A stretch of DNA of 64,000 nucleotides from Prorocentrum cordatum (Eukaryota). The position numbers and the translations under genes were made by a program. Shown here piece after piece: positions 1 to 13,155 of this stretch. Within the stretch, counting starts at the first letter, position 1, and each line of letters opens with the position of its first letter. Location: positions 496,001 to 560,000 of the forward strand of contig CAUYUJ010000081.1 of NCBI GenBank assembly GCA_963575745.1, read 5' to 3'. The notes beneath the pieces are model-generated. The model had not been told where the DNA came from, made no database searches, and saw only the letters and a list, made by a program, of their open reading frames with translations.

Positions 1-975
1 ACTGACTTAGCTGCTCGCTGGCGTCGCTGTCTATGTATAGGAGTCGTTCAAAATGCTCTCCTGTCGGGCATTGAGTTTCACACTAGCGCCATGATGTCTT
101 AGATTCCTGTCTCAGCCGACTGGGTCGAGCAGCGATGGGTGGCGAGGCCGCAAACTACGAAGGCGAACGTACCACTAGTTTGACCAACAAGGAGGTTTTA
201 AAGTTTTGGAGAGCCCTTCCTTCCTCGCAAGAACTCCGATTGAGGAGGCTAGAAATGTACCAATCCTGGTGTAGACAGCCTGACCACCACTCGCAGCTTC
301 CAGTGGCGCTGTTCGGCACGTGTACCTTCGACCCGAGGCCGCACTTGGCCCACGCGAAGCCAATGGAGTTTGCCTCCAAATATCTAATCCAGATGTCCGC
401 AGACATGGAGGAAGCAGCAGAGCTTCCCACCTACGAGGCGATCCGTGACATCGCCGCCAACGTGTGCCTTTTTCTCAAATGCGGAGGCCATGGAAGAATG
501 CTTGTGCTATTGGTACGGTAGAGCTTCGCAGCAAGCCTACGGAGTTTGCTATCCACTACTAGAGAGGAAGAGATCGCCGTTCCTCCTCTGACAGCACGAA
601 AAGGAAAAGCAACAAAAAGGGATTGTGTATGCAGGCATAGCAAAAATGGGCAAGAAAGCGGGGCACGATTCTCATCACGGGGGGGCACTATCATTACACA
701 TGAACGGGGCTCATCACATACGCAACGTGTTCTATGTCATAACTCCAAGCAACGAGTGCTTATGTTGCGAGCAAGTATTCTCATCTCAACAATCAGCGAC
801 ACTACATCTGGAGCGTTCACTATTGCGTGTAATGTGCTTGCCAGAAGCAGAGCAGCACTGACCTTAAGCAAGCTAAGCCCTCTCAAAAGTTATCACTGTT
901 TATGTTGCGAGTTCGAGGGTGGCACGTACGACGATGTATGCAGCCATCTAGTCTCGAGCCATCTCCCTGGACATA
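1..975 (+). mobile_element. 3' part of a degenerate non-LTR retroelement ORF (post-RT region plus Cys/His zinc-finger-like motifs), frameshifted
   Basis: ORF 135-521 reads LTNKEVLKFW...ELRLRRLEMYQSW...HSQLPVALFG. It is followed by CxxC...H motifs in other frames (ECLCCEQVFSSQQSATLHL in 625-861; YHCLCCEFEGGTYDDVCSHLVSSH in 546-1631). This resembles LINE ORF2 C-termini; the RT core is not in the window. Confidence 0.5.
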
Positions 976-1129
976 TTGCTCCACCTGTGCAGCCGACCGC
1001 CGACCAGCATAGAGATGCCCGAGGGGGCGATGGAGACATCGAAGGTTATCATGCAGCCAGTCGATGCCAGTCCGCTGGAGGAGAACCCACGATCGCGGGC
1101 ATGGAAAGAATCGCCTACGTTAAGTACCA

Positions 1130-1631
1130 GGTGGGCATCAGCAGCCCGAGCGTGGTTGCAGGCCTGGCCGCGGGCAAGCGCTACGACACCGAGAGCGAGG
1201 AGCTCAAGAAGAAAGCAGCAGCAGGCCAGCCGACCGACCACAAAGCGCGCGGGCCGCCTTTCCTCAGCATCTTCATGTCGGTATTCGGCTATGGGGCGAC
1301 GCGCACGGTTCCAGAGAACGGCAAGGATTCAGAGAAATCACTGGTCAAGGAGATGCCGCAATACATCCAGGGGAAGCTTGCGTCGGCGGAGATCAACGAT
1401 GTGGCGGCGTTAGCCGGGCACTTCCGTATCAAGGCTCACAAGAAGCACGACAATCAGAAGCAGCAGTGCACGGTGATGTGGCACTTCTTCCCGAAGCACC
1501 AGCACTGCGCCCTCGTCGACGGATGGATGCAGCAGCTGATCCAGGCCGGGGGAGGCGTCCGCCTGCACGGTCCAGCGCCTCGCGGCCCGCTCGAGCGGGC
1601 GATCAGCAAGTTCCTGGAAGATCACAAGTAG
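1130..1631 (+). CDS. Hypothetical protein segment ending GPAPRGPLERAISKFLEDHK, probably retroelement-associated
   Basis: Stop-free, non-repetitive frame with strong GC3 codon bias, within ORF 546-1631 and directly after the zinc-finger region. Start not defined. Confidence 0.45.
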
Positions 1632-2520
1632 GAGATGAGTTGAGAAGGTTGCCGCCGTCCCTGCGCAACAGTGATCGCCTTGCCCCTTTGGTGGCGCAAG
1701 GCTTTGTTCCCCCTCGTCCGCCCTCCTGTCCTCGTAATCCTCCTGGCCAACGCATGCCCTGTCCCGATGCCTCGGAGTTGCATGAGGGATCGCAGTTTAG
1801 CATTCAAATCCCCAGACGTGCTCGAGGAGGCAAAGGGAGGAGTGGTCGTAGTGCGAAAGACAAGGGTTCTAGCTCTCGTTTCCCCGCGCCTGAGGCGGGC
1901 CACCCTTCCATGGGGTTGCGCGCCTCGAGGGTGTGCCTGCGGGGCCTGTGCAGCCGCGGGCTGAGAGTGGCCCACATCTCTGCAGTTTCAATCGTCGGCT
2001 TCGTAGGTTAAACCTCCTCTGGGTACAACCTCGGGCGGAGTTTAGAGGTGATGCGGTGCTTTGATGTCGAAGTCAGTGCTGATCCAGTGCTTCGCTTGAA
2101 TCTGGACCCCTCGAGCTGGAAAGAAAAAAAGGCCCTCCTGGGGCTCTCTTGTAAATCCCTTGGGGCCCTTAAAGATCCGTTCTTGGGCCGTCGTGGGGCC
2201 CCCTGGCGCCGTCTTGCAGCCCTGTTGGGCCGTCCTGGGGCCGTCTGGGAGCCGACTTCGGGGCCTTTCGCGCCGTCTTGGGAGGATCCTCTCGCAGCTC
2301 TCGCACACCCCTTGGGTGGGGAGAGGGAGGGGACGACGGGGACGAAGAGGCAGGCGGGAAAAAAAACCTCCTCCCGTCTTCCCAGTCGCTGCCACCAGCC
2401 GGCCTGCTGCCCAACTCGACGGAGGCGTCGCGGGCCCAGCGCGCCCACAGGGGCGAGGGTGTCAGGGCGTCACTCACCAGCTGGCGGGCGGCGGAGGGGA
2501 TGACAGAGCTTGGGTACAGC

Positions 2521-2690
2521 TCCTCCTCCTTCTCCTCCTCCTCCTCCTTCTCCTCCTCCTATTCCTCCTCCTCCTCCTCCTCCTCCTCCTCCTCCTCCTC
2601 CTCCCCCTCCTCCTTCTCCTCCTCCTCGACCTTCCTCCTCGTCTTCCTCTTCCTCCTCATCCTCCTCCTCCTCCTCCTCCTCCTTCTCCA
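2521..2690. repeat. (CCT)n microsatellite, imperfect
   Basis: Read directly from the sequence. Confidence 0.95.
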
Positions 2691-2984
2691 TTGCTTTCCG
2701 TATACACAACTCCTCCCTGTCGCACCCCAGACGAGTCGTTAGGGCGGTCTGGGCGCTTCGCCTGAGAACCCCCCGCAACGTATGATCCTGAAGCTTGAAA
2801 TGTACAATCGTTCCACGGATGGAAGTGGGATCGTTTTCAAAATGTGGCTCGCGCCTCAGGGCCCCCGCACACTCGTCTTTCAACATGTGCAGCAGCTTCA
2901 AAATTCAGCTCTCGCCGTAAAGCCCCGCACATCCGTTTCAAGTTCTTGCAACAATTTCAAGGATGGAAGGCGGCTCCTTGGAAA

Positions 2985-4198
2985 ATCCGCCGGCCCCCTT
3001 ATGGGGCCACCAGGCTGTAGGCGCGGGTTCGCAGTTTCCTGTACCAGTTGTAGCTTGTAGTTTCCAGTGTTACAGTTCTGCTTCTTGCTGGTTACTGTAA
3101 CTAGTTGATTGACCGCGCGAGGGGGGGGGAGGCCCAAACGGGATTTTTAGCACCTCCTGGGCGCGTTGTCTGAATTGCTGGGGGGGCTCGAAATCGACAC
3201 CCCTCACGCAGATCCGCGGGGTCAGGGTCCAAAAACACAGGGGATTTGCCACATTTCTGAAATTCGGTGCCACCCCTCACGCAGATCCGCGGGGTCAGGG
3301 TCCAAAAACACAGGGGATTTGCCACATTTCTGAAATTCGGTGCCACCCCTCACGCAGATCCGCGGGGTCAGGGTCCAAAAACACAGGGATTTGCCACATT
3401 TCTGAAATTCGGTGCCACCCCTCACGCAGATCCGCGGGGTCAGGGTCCAAAAACACAGGGATTTGCCACATTTCTGAAATTCGGTGCCACCCCTCACGCA
3501 GATCCGCGGGGTCAGGGTCCACAAGGGATTTGCCACATTTCGGTGCCACCCCTCACGCAGATCCGCGGGGTCAGGGTCCAAAAACACAGGGGATTTGCCA
3601 CATTTCTGAAATTCGGTGCCACCCCTCACGCAGATCCGCGGGGTCAGGGTCCAAAAACACAGGGATTTGCCACATTTCTGAAATTCGGTGCCACCCCTCA
3701 CGCAGATCCGCGGGGTCAGGGTCCAAAAACACAGGGGATTTTTGCCACATTTCTGAAATTCGGTGCCACCCCTCACGCAGATCCGCGGGGTCAGGGTCCA
3801 AAAACACAGGGATTTGCCACATTTCTGAAATTCGGTGCCACCCCTCACGCAGATCCGCGGGGTCAGGGTCCAAAAACACATGGGATTTGCCACATTTCTG
3901 AAATTCGGTGCCACCCCTCACGCACATCCATCGCAAGGCGTGGTAACCCAAACTGCGAGTACTCCCTCGGCCCTTTAATCCCAAGGTGTGGTAACCAAGC
4001 TCGTACACCGTACACGTCTTACCAATCGCCCTGTGTGGTAACCCCTCTTGTGATCAGTTGGTTTTGCCGATTGCGAATCGGCCTCGCATGAAGTTCCGAT
4101 ACTGCTGCACGACAGCGCCAAAGCCTCATGACTTAGCTCTTCCATGGCCCATTCTCCGAGAGAGGGGGCCGGCGGCAGGGGGCGAAGCCCTTACGGAT
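2985..4198 (+). mobile_element. Non-autonomous element family A, copy 1 (asymmetric IR, 3' hairpin, internal 73-bp tandem array)
   Basis: Starts AT-CCGCCGGCCCCCT (IR 2987-2999). Exact reverse complement AGGGGGCCGGCGG at 4163-4175, then hairpin GGGC-GAA-GCCC (4180-4190), ending ..ACGGAT. A near-identical copy at 53473-54700 with different flanks defines the boundaries. Confidence 0.85.
3198..3923. repeat. ~72-73-bp tandem repeat, ~10 units (CACCCCTCACGCAGATCCGCGGGGTCAGGGTCCAAAAACAC..GGATTTGCCACATTTCTGAAATTCGGTGC)
   Basis: Head-to-tail units with no unique spacers; one internally deleted unit near 3490-3545. Confidence 0.95.
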
Positions 4199-4699
4199 GT
4201 GGCTGTCGCCTTAGCGCCGCGCACATTCGCTTTACAAGTTCGCAGCTGGTTCAAACACTTGTTCAGTCGATTTGACGTCCTGGGACGATCAAAAAGCCGT
4301 CGACAACAACCGATCAAAAAGTCCCAAAATTGGCGTTCTGGCATGATTTGAGAGGGTCGGGAACTAACCGCCGCGTTGAGTCGCGGGGTTGAAGACCAAA
4401 GAACAGCGGCCTGGCACCGCGATTTCGGATTGTCCGGTCATAACAACCAGTTTGATCCGCGTCGCAGGACGCAACCGTCAATATGATCCGCGGCGATGAT
4501 ATCCCAGAAAATGCGGTTTGGCACAATTGAACATTCTCAAACGGTTGCCTTGTAATAGGCCACTTCAGGTAATGACAACAAGTCCTTTCACGGACTGATC
4601 AAAAGTTAACTTAGAGGGAGGATGTGTTGCACAATCGTTGCTGCGACTTGGGTTTAAACTGGCCATGCTCATCCACATGATAGTCCTCCCCTTCTTGAT

Positions 4700-5158
4700 G
4701 ATCATGACCAAGACCATCATCACCATCACCATCATCATCTTCAAAACCATACTCCTAATTCTCATAACCCGCATCATCATCAGTAGCATCATCACCATCA
4801 CCACCATCATCGTCATCATCAGAACCACCATCACCACAACCATCATCGCCACCAACACCATCATCATCATCATCATCATCAGCATCACCATCATCACCAT
4901 CATCATGCTTATTCTCACAATCATCATCATTATCATCATCAGCACCATCGCCACCATCAACATCATCATGATCACGATGAGCATCTTCACCAGCATCTTC
5001 ATCAGCATCATCACCACCACCAACACCATCATCATCACCATCAACAACAGCATCATCATCAGCATCAGCATCATCATCATCATCATCAGCATCAGCATCA
5101 TCATCATCATCATCAGCATCAGCATCATCATCATCAGCAGCATCAGCGTCATCAGCGT
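4700..5158. repeat. Degenerate (CAT/CAC/CAG)n trinucleotide tract
   Basis: Read directly; explains the poly-M and poly-I ORFs. Confidence 0.95.
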
Positions 5159-6789
5159 CGAAGCTCGACGCTGCGAAATGTTCTACTTATCAAGCTGGAG
5201 CCCTCGCCCCCGCCCGTGCTCGCCTCCTCGCCCAAGCAGCAAAGAGTCGCCGGCGGGCGGGCCAGCATCACAACCAAAAGGGAGGGCGGCCCCATGGTGG
5301 AAAGAGAACGCGGACGGGGACGACACGGGAGGACACAGCAACAAAAGGAGGAACTACAGAAGCAAGGAGAAGAAAGAGAGCAGAAAGAACGACGAGGAGG
5401 TACGGGCGACAGGGGGAAGGCGTCCCAGCAAAGAAATGAAACCCTCAAACCAAATGCCACCTCCCGATAGACGCGGGCACACTCCTGACGGGGAACCGAC
5501 CTGAACAGGTCCCAACATGGCGATGTTTGGGGGGGGGAGGGAGCGCTGTGGGGGTCAGCGGGGAGATGGGACCTAGTAGGACAAAATCGTGACAAGTCGC
5601 GCCGTTGGCTCAGTTGCCCTCCACCCCCCAACGCTACCCCCCCACACCGCCCCGCACCACAGGGCGGCAATAGGCGTGCGACGCGGGAGCTGTATCCCAC
5701 GCTCTCGAGGATTAACAGAGGGAAGCGGAGCACAGACAATGCTGCTCAACACGAGTACCCGACACCATATTTTCTATGGAAACAGAAGGGCGCACGCCTG
5801 CTCTTCGGTTGAGGATGGCACTCTGCTGGGAGCATTCGCCGTGATCTGCGGCATCTCTACCTAGCATGCTGCCAGTGGCTTCTCCGTCTGCCCTCTCTAT
5901 CACCGCATCATCGCTTCCACCCCTCATCCATGCCCTCCTCTCTGTTTTCGCATGACCGTTCTACTGTACTGTTCCTCGATACCCTTCGGCGCCTCATGTT
6001 TCATTTTTACGCGGTTTTTACCAAAATCCTGAATTCCGTTCCCTCCTCTCGCCAATCCCCATCAGTTTGTCCAGTACCGTCCACAGCAGCACCCTCATTG
6101 TCAATCAAGTCAATTGTATACCATACCATCGCCGACGAAGGTCCGAGTGAAGGACCCCCCCGGGCCTGATTGCAGGGGATGCTTACGTAAATACAATTAT
6201 ATGCGTGCCCTGGGTGGTACACACGCGGGTGAAATGTGCATGGATGGCAAAACCGAACGCAACACGAGTTACAACACGAAAAATCGCGAATAACGCACGA
6301 ACGAATGTCACTTCTACACCGCACGCTGTCCTCAACCGACCTACTGGTCGTGCACAATCCTTCAACCATTCTGACATCATCCCTATTCTCCACGCCGTCA
6401 CCATGCTCGCGTCGTCCTGGCAGATGGCAGGGACATCGATATTCTTGAAGGCACGGTCGCAGCCAGTGGGGTGCACAAAGGTACTGACACCGCCACTCCC
6501 CGGACCTCTCCCGCGGTGCTCTCTGGCCCGAATGTCGAAGCGAATCCAACGGTAGCGACGGGGGCAAGCAAGGCAAGGCAAGGCAAAAAAGGTCTGCATG
6601 CCAGCTGCGGTGCCGGAGCGGTCCCCTGCAGGGCAAACGAAAATAGCGCAGGATGGGCCAAACGCCGCGTGGGCAATCTGCAATACATGGGCGACATTGT
6701 GCGCATCGCGTCACGAACAAAAGAGGCGGCAAGGGACGGGGAGGGGAAGGAAGGGGGAGAAGACATACGCACGCACAGCGTGTGAAATA

Positions 6790-9040
6790 TACAGCCATCA
6801 CGCCCTCAGCGAGTCTTCCCATCGCAACAACGGTTTGCCGAAGCTTCGTCTGGCATCCGTGTGGGACCACAGCATCCACTCCACAAGTCTTTTGCTTGAT
6901 ATCTTCTTTGTCAAAAATACGCGAGAAACAATCTTCGAATTTCCATCGGATTGGATGGATGGCCACCGTCTGACGTTGAATTTGCTGCAAAGTGATCTCA
7001 ATGCGCGCGCGAGGCGCATCACGTACTCCTCCAAAACGTCCGTATTTCATCTGGTAACGCAAAACATGTTTCGAAACATATCCATCCAAGTAGCGTGTGA
7101 GCAGTCTCTGGCTAGAGCTATAGGGTCTAACGCCTGACCTTCACATCCGCGTAGCGCAACAAGCCTGACAACACTATCGTAACAGTTCAAGCGTTGCCGA
7201 AGCGGGCAAGCAGATGCTAAGTACCGCGAGCGCCCCCAATAAAACCGACAACCGGTGCGTCAGCTCTTTTCACGGACGCCCAAATCAGTAAATTCCGAGC
7301 CTAAGAAACGTTCTACTTCGTCTGTCTGAACGTCAACATCCACGCCAGACACACAGACAGATGAAAGTGCAGTATCAACGATTGTCCATATTTCCGAGTT
7401 TCTCCTAAATGAACCGCCAGACTAGGTTTAGACTCCTCCCGCTGCGAATCCCAAAGCACCTTTCCAACGTCGGCTTCGCATTGCGCCAAAAGAAAGACAT
7501 CGGCAGCGAACCGCAAAATTGTCAAAGGGTCTGCCAACAATTCGATAACAAGCCCATGGAATTGCCCATTTCGTCTATAATTCAAACCAGGCCATGTATT
7601 CTTCAAGTTTCGAAGACAAAAAAAACTTCGATGACTGGCATGAACAATGATGCGGAGATCGGGTCGCCTCGCTTCACTCCGAAAGGAATCCTGAACATCC
7701 CTGACGTCGTGCCTGCGACGGCCACAGCCGTCTGATCTCTGCATCAAAAGCTTCTCCAAAGCCGACGCGTCCAACCCAAAAATCTCGATTTCCCTTCGCA
7801 AGGCCTTCATAAAGCAGCTCCATTGTCAACGAATGGTATACTGTGGAGGACCCTTTTGCGATACGCTTTCTGATCCGGTGGCCTGGTGACTGCGTGAAGA
7901 CGATCGCAGGCTGAAGCCTGTCACACAGAATGCGAACCAACAGCTTGTATAGAAGTGGCAAGATTGCGATTGGCCTGTAACTTTTTGGCAATCGACGGTC
8001 GCCCTCTTTGAATGGAACGACCAGGCTGAGAGCGTCGCTGAAAAGTCCCAACATACGCTGGCGGAAACTAGCGCCCGACGATGTGAAAAGTTTGGAAACG
8101 ACTCCTGCATCGCCCTTGCGTTTGGTTCCGCAATTTGTTGTTCAGAGAACACAGTTTTGTTCTTCGCTTGTGAAACTGCGGCTCTCACTGGCGCCATGCG
8201 CCCCGGCCCGCCCCTCGTGCAACTTTTCATGGAAACGACCAAAACTTCAAAAATACTAGCTTGCTCAACGCGTTCTGACGCCACGTCGCCCTGCACTGGT
8301 GCAACGCGATATGTTTCATGATTCCCGGCGCCGGCCAATCTGGACATCCCGCGAAAATCAAACAACATTAAGCTGATGTGCGCATCCCTTGCGTTTTTCT
8401 CTGCAATGGTGCTCTAAGCCTGGTTCCGCCTGATTGCCCGCATTCTTCGATCAGCACCTCAAGCTCCGCGCCTGACGGGCGAGACGTGTCTGGCGAGCCC
8501 CACAAAAGAAGCACCTCCTAGCACAAACACCATGCACCGCTTGAAAATTTCCGCCGTTTCCGACCGCGACCGCCCTTGAGCCGGACACTGATCGATTTGT
8601 TCGTCCAGCACCCAGCGGAAACGTGTCATATCAGCTGCTGCGATCAATGGCACGCGCCGTCTTGTCTTCACCAGAAGCGTTGGGGCGCGCAAACAGAGTG
8701 GACGGTCGATTGGCAGACGGTCGAAACCAGTGTCGGGTCGAGTGCACACTCGGCGTAGCAACATACCTGAAACGAAGCCAGCGGCCCAACAATATGTCAT
8801 CCAACCGTGCTTTGACAGTCTCAACCATCGCATGCCTGATCCACCTACGGCAAAAGTGGTGGTTAATATGAAATTGCGCGCAAGACATGTACGAAAGGCC
8901 ATGCCCTGGCGCGGCGCTACCAATCTGCATTGGGCCCCAAAACGTCTCCTCGTCGCCTGCACAAGGCCCGCGCGTTGGACTCACGCGCACTTGCGCATTT
9001 GGGGCCCGCGCCACCGCCTGTGAGCAACGAGTTTTCCAGA
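6790..9040 (-). pseudogene. Degenerate LINE ORF2 (APE endonuclease + reverse transcriptase), multiple frameshifts
   Basis: RT motifs KEGDRRLPKSYRPIAILPLLYKLLVRILCDRL (7674-8054) and LTILRFAADVFLL (decayed [Y/F]ADD, 7313-7810). C-terminal RRSFGKPLLRWEDSL (6798-7034). Endonuclease-like LDDILL and IDRP (cf. IDYIL, SDHRP) at ~8690-8810. Confidence 0.85.
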
Positions 9041-9379
9041 ATTGCGCACAAAGCTACCATTTGGCCCGCGCGCTCCGCCGCCCCCCCCCCCCCCCCCCCC
9101 CCACCAATCAAAAAATGAAAAAAGAGTATTTCCTGGTTTACTAAGCTGCAGAATGGCGGCGCGATCACAGACTGACATGAAAAAACTCATACGCGCACCC
9201 ATCGCGCAGAAACATACCCACCTCAATCCTATCTCTGCTCCCACCACATCCGAGCAGCGCGTGCCCGCCGTTCGTGGTGAACGCCTCGTTCGCCTCCTCG
9301 CGCCGCGTCTCTGTAAAGACGGCCAGGTCTCACCTGCGGCCTTACAATTCGAGGAAAAGTGCTCCTAGTCTCTCAGGGC

Positions 9380-10470
9380 ACATCAGAAACAAATGGATAC
9401 TGTAAGCGATGCTGACACATGGAATGGCTACATGTACCCCTGGAGAGGCTAGTGCTTGCGTGATCCTCGTAGCGGTACGCGGCATAGTTGCATGTCGCTT
9501 CCCCAATTCCACCTGCACGCCTGTCGCGCGCTTCCCGTTCCACTCCTCCACGTCCTTTTTTCCATATCCTCCACCATTTCCTCCGAGGATCATCTCGGAA
9601 TCACCCCGTACCCAAGCGACATTCTTGTTGGTGACGCTAATGGACCCACTGTTCCATGCCATCTGGACGTGCCTTCTTTTCAATAAGCCGATGGTTGGTG
9701 CGTCCCGACGTTTTGTCTCACAGGCCCTGCTTGTAGATGCGGTTGCTTGTGCACCACAAATTCAAATTGTCGGACGCCTGCTTGCTCACATTGCGCATCT
9801 TCTTGTAGGACCCGATTGTGGAAACCGCCGCGTCGATTTCGACCACCCCCACGCGCGCCCTGCCGCTAGAAGTGAACACTGTGCTTTTGCTTACCTTGTG
9901 CTGGCGGTGCCGTCTGAGACAAAAAAAAACCCTCGATCACCACTACCTCGTCCCCGTCCGTCCGTTTCCTCCCTGAACCCCCTGACGACGACCTGGATTT
10001 CCCAGCTGTCGTCCATTTCGCTCCCTTCCTCCTCCTGTCAGTCCTTCCTCTCCAGTTCAAGATCGATGTTCATGCCCGCCCCTCGGAACTCTCCCCAAGC
10101 TTCCTAGACCTCTGCTGCTACAATGACTACCACCGCGCGCTGACACTGCTCATTCGTTACATCCAGTCCATACACGCCCTCCCAAAGATTACTGAGTTAA
10201 TCCACAAGATATCCGCATTTGTTGTTTCGCCTCCTCCACCGTCCCCCTTGCCTCTTCCGCATGATTCTTCGCCTCCTTGACCATCTTACGCATCTGGTTG
10301 AACTCCTTTGTAATCGTTTCAAACGTTTTGTTCTGACGATGCCCGAACTGCTTGAACCACTTCGGTGCTCCATCCACCACATCTGTAATTCCGCCAGCTT
10401 CAGCCTGATGCTTCTGGGGTGAGCCCGGATAGTGCGGTGCTGCACTTGTCTGCGCTGGCCGTGCCGTCAA
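9380..10470 (-). pseudogene. Possible LINE ORF1 remnant (coiled-coil-like segment)
   Basis: Upstream of and co-oriented with the RT remnant. 10189-10470 gives FETITKEFNQMRKMVKEAKNHAEEARGTVEEAKQQ. Inferred mainly from position. Confidence 0.35.
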
Positions 10471-12277
10471 GGATCAAAGCGCCAGCCTCCAAGAGGCAAT
10501 GGGAATCAATATACATATATATATACACATGGGTACGATTGCAAGCTCACTGTCGCGCTTGGAACCTCGAGCCACGGTGGCAGGAGGCCCAAAAACGCAA
10601 AAACGAGGCAATAGTAGGGGTCATGCCCTTTCCTCCTCCGGCAGCCGCCGCTGCCGCCATCGCAATCACCACGTCCAAACCGCAGGCGGTCAGTTCCGAC
10701 GGCGGTCGGAGCCTGCCACGCTGGCCGCCGCAGAACAGAGGCCCCCTGCCAGCCCCCCCCCCGCGCCCGCGGCCTGCAGCTGGAACACGAAGTCGTTGTC
10801 CTCGCGGCGCTGCCCCGACCCTGGGATCCTGGCGTCTAAATTTTTCACACTGAGCGTTTTCGCCCAGTTTCGGCCCTGGGACCATCGCAAAGATTGGCTC
10901 CAGGGTTCCTGTTGTGATTTTCGAGATGTTGCAACTTTTTCGCAAGGTCGGATCTCAAGGCAGCGCGAAGGGCAGGTTCGCGGTCAGACCCGCCCGGGGG
11001 GGAGGGGGAAAGAAAATTAGAAGAACTCCCTTCTGGCCGCTGCCCTACCACTGTATGTCACCGTCTTCCCCAGGCTGCAGCCCCACATTATTCTCGGCTG
11101 CCCCACCCGCGCATCCTCCCTGGCTCGAGGAGGAGCAGCGCCGGGCCTGCCTGGCTCGAGGGGGAGAAACAGCCCACGTACGCTGCGCAGCTCCGCTTCG
11201 GAGACCGACGACCGGGCCCTCGCCAAGCTGGTGTGAACTCCTGGCTGCGTCGACCACAGGCAGGAGTGGCCCTGGGCAAGAGTGACCTCCGGTGCGCCGA
11301 GTTACGGGACCACGGGGGGGCAACTCCAAGAGTGCAAGTCAGTGCTGGGAGAGGCTCCGTAAGCCCGCACCAAGGGTCAATCCGGCGAAGGGCCTCTCTT
11401 TGCGGTGTACGCGTAGCCGACTGCGGCAAGATACGACCACCATCCCCTGACAACACCTAGATGCTTGAGCAGTTTCTGGAGGGCACTCCGCCCCGAACAC
11501 CAGACTGGGAATGCAGATCGCCGCTCCGCCCGCGGTACCGGCGCTGCGCATGCGAGGCCAATTTGTATACCCACCACCGCCCGCAACAGTAACTTTCCGC
11601 AAAAAGGGTTAGGGGCAGGGTCATGCCAGACGACGCTGCGACGCCACGGCGAAAAGGGGCGCGGCGCAGCTCGCAGGCGCCGTGGCATGGGGAGTTCCTG
11701 AAGCAGAAACAGCCCTTCTTGGTGGTGGTGTATAAAAATCGTTCCCCTTGGCAACGAAAAATATATACACCACCACCGCGGGTGCTTTGCTGAATTCTGC
11801 TTCGGTCCTTAAGAGAGAGGGGGGGCAGCCCGGTTGCCGCCGGCGGCGGGAGGGGGACTGCGGGCTTTTCACCAGAGCAAAACTGCACCACATCGCATCG
11901 TAGATTATTCTCGATCTTGGTGGTGGTAGTCATATACTGTGCTCGGCTGCCGTCTTTTTCCCGGCCAGAGCCTTTGCAGGTCGCCCGGGCGGCGCTGGCG
12001 CCCCCGCCCTGGCCTTCGGCCCCGCAGGTGCTCCGCCTGCTGGCACGATTGCTACGCGGCCAGTTTCTGACAAGCGGACAACATGCGCGACGCGCAGCCG
12101 CGGGCGCCCGGCAAGGCCCCCGTCAGTCCAGGGCCTGTAGGAGCTGCGGGAGGCGTTGCGCCGCGGGGCGCGCGAAGTCGGAAACGCTGCCCCCAGCAAA
12201 GCGCACCTCGCCCAGGAGTTGTCCTACACCGTTGCTGACACCGTTCGGGGGGGAGCGGGAACCAGCGTCTCATTCAG

Positions 12278-13155
12278 TCGATGTCACATCGATCAAACTC
12301 TCGATCTCACAAGAATTCTCACTATTGATGTCACAATCGATCTCACTATCTCGATCTCACATCAGATCTCCCGATCGATCTCACAGTCGATCTCACGATC
12401 GATTCGACAATCGAACTCACTATCGATCTCACAAGCGATCTCACGATCGATCACACAACAGATTTCACGATCGATCTCCCAATTGATCTCACCATCGATC
12501 TGACAAGCAAACTCAATAACGATCATTCGGTCTCATCATCGATCGCATGACAGTTCTCACTATCGGTCTCACTATCGACCTCCCAGTCGACATCACCATC
12601 GATCTCACCATCGATCTCACGATCTCACCATCGACCTCAGTATGCATCTCGCTGTCGAGTCCACTATAGATCTCACGAGCGATCTCGCCATCGATCTCGC
12701 AACGGATCCGACGATCGATCTCACAACATATCCCAGTATCTGTCACACAACAGATTTCACAATCGATCTCACTATATCGATCTCACATCAGATCTCCCGA
12801 TCGATCCCACAATCGATCTCAAGATCAATTTGACAATCGAACTCACGATCGATCTCACAAGCGATCTCACGATCGATCACACAACAGATCTCCAAATCGA
12901 TCTCCCCATAGATCTCCCAATCGATCTCCCCATCGATCTGACAAGTCAACTCAATAACGATCCGTCTGCCTCATCATCGATCTCACTGTCGATCCTACTA
13001 TTGATCTCACGAGCGATCTCACCATCGATCTCACAACAGGTGTCACTGTCGATCTCACAACAGATCTCACTATCAATCCCGCAACAGATTGTATGATCGA
13101 TCTAACAACAGATCCCACAATCGATCTCACTATCGGTCTCACTATCAATCTCACC
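12278..13155. repeat. Degenerate ~12-bp-period minisatellite (ATCGATCTCACN) with a longer internal duplication
   Basis: Repeated ATCGATCTCAC; block ~12335-12545 recurs at ~12760-12985. Confidence 0.9.

Noticed and set aside
3198..3923. CRISPR array (also 53684-54424, 19010-21620, 49810-50835)
   Set aside because: Units are head-to-tail with no unique spacers; no cas genes; eukaryotic context.
4565..5504. Long poly-M/I/H/P/D ORFs here and at 2160-2901, 35690-36457, 49897-51308, 54560-55477
   Set aside because: Open frames produced by microsatellites.
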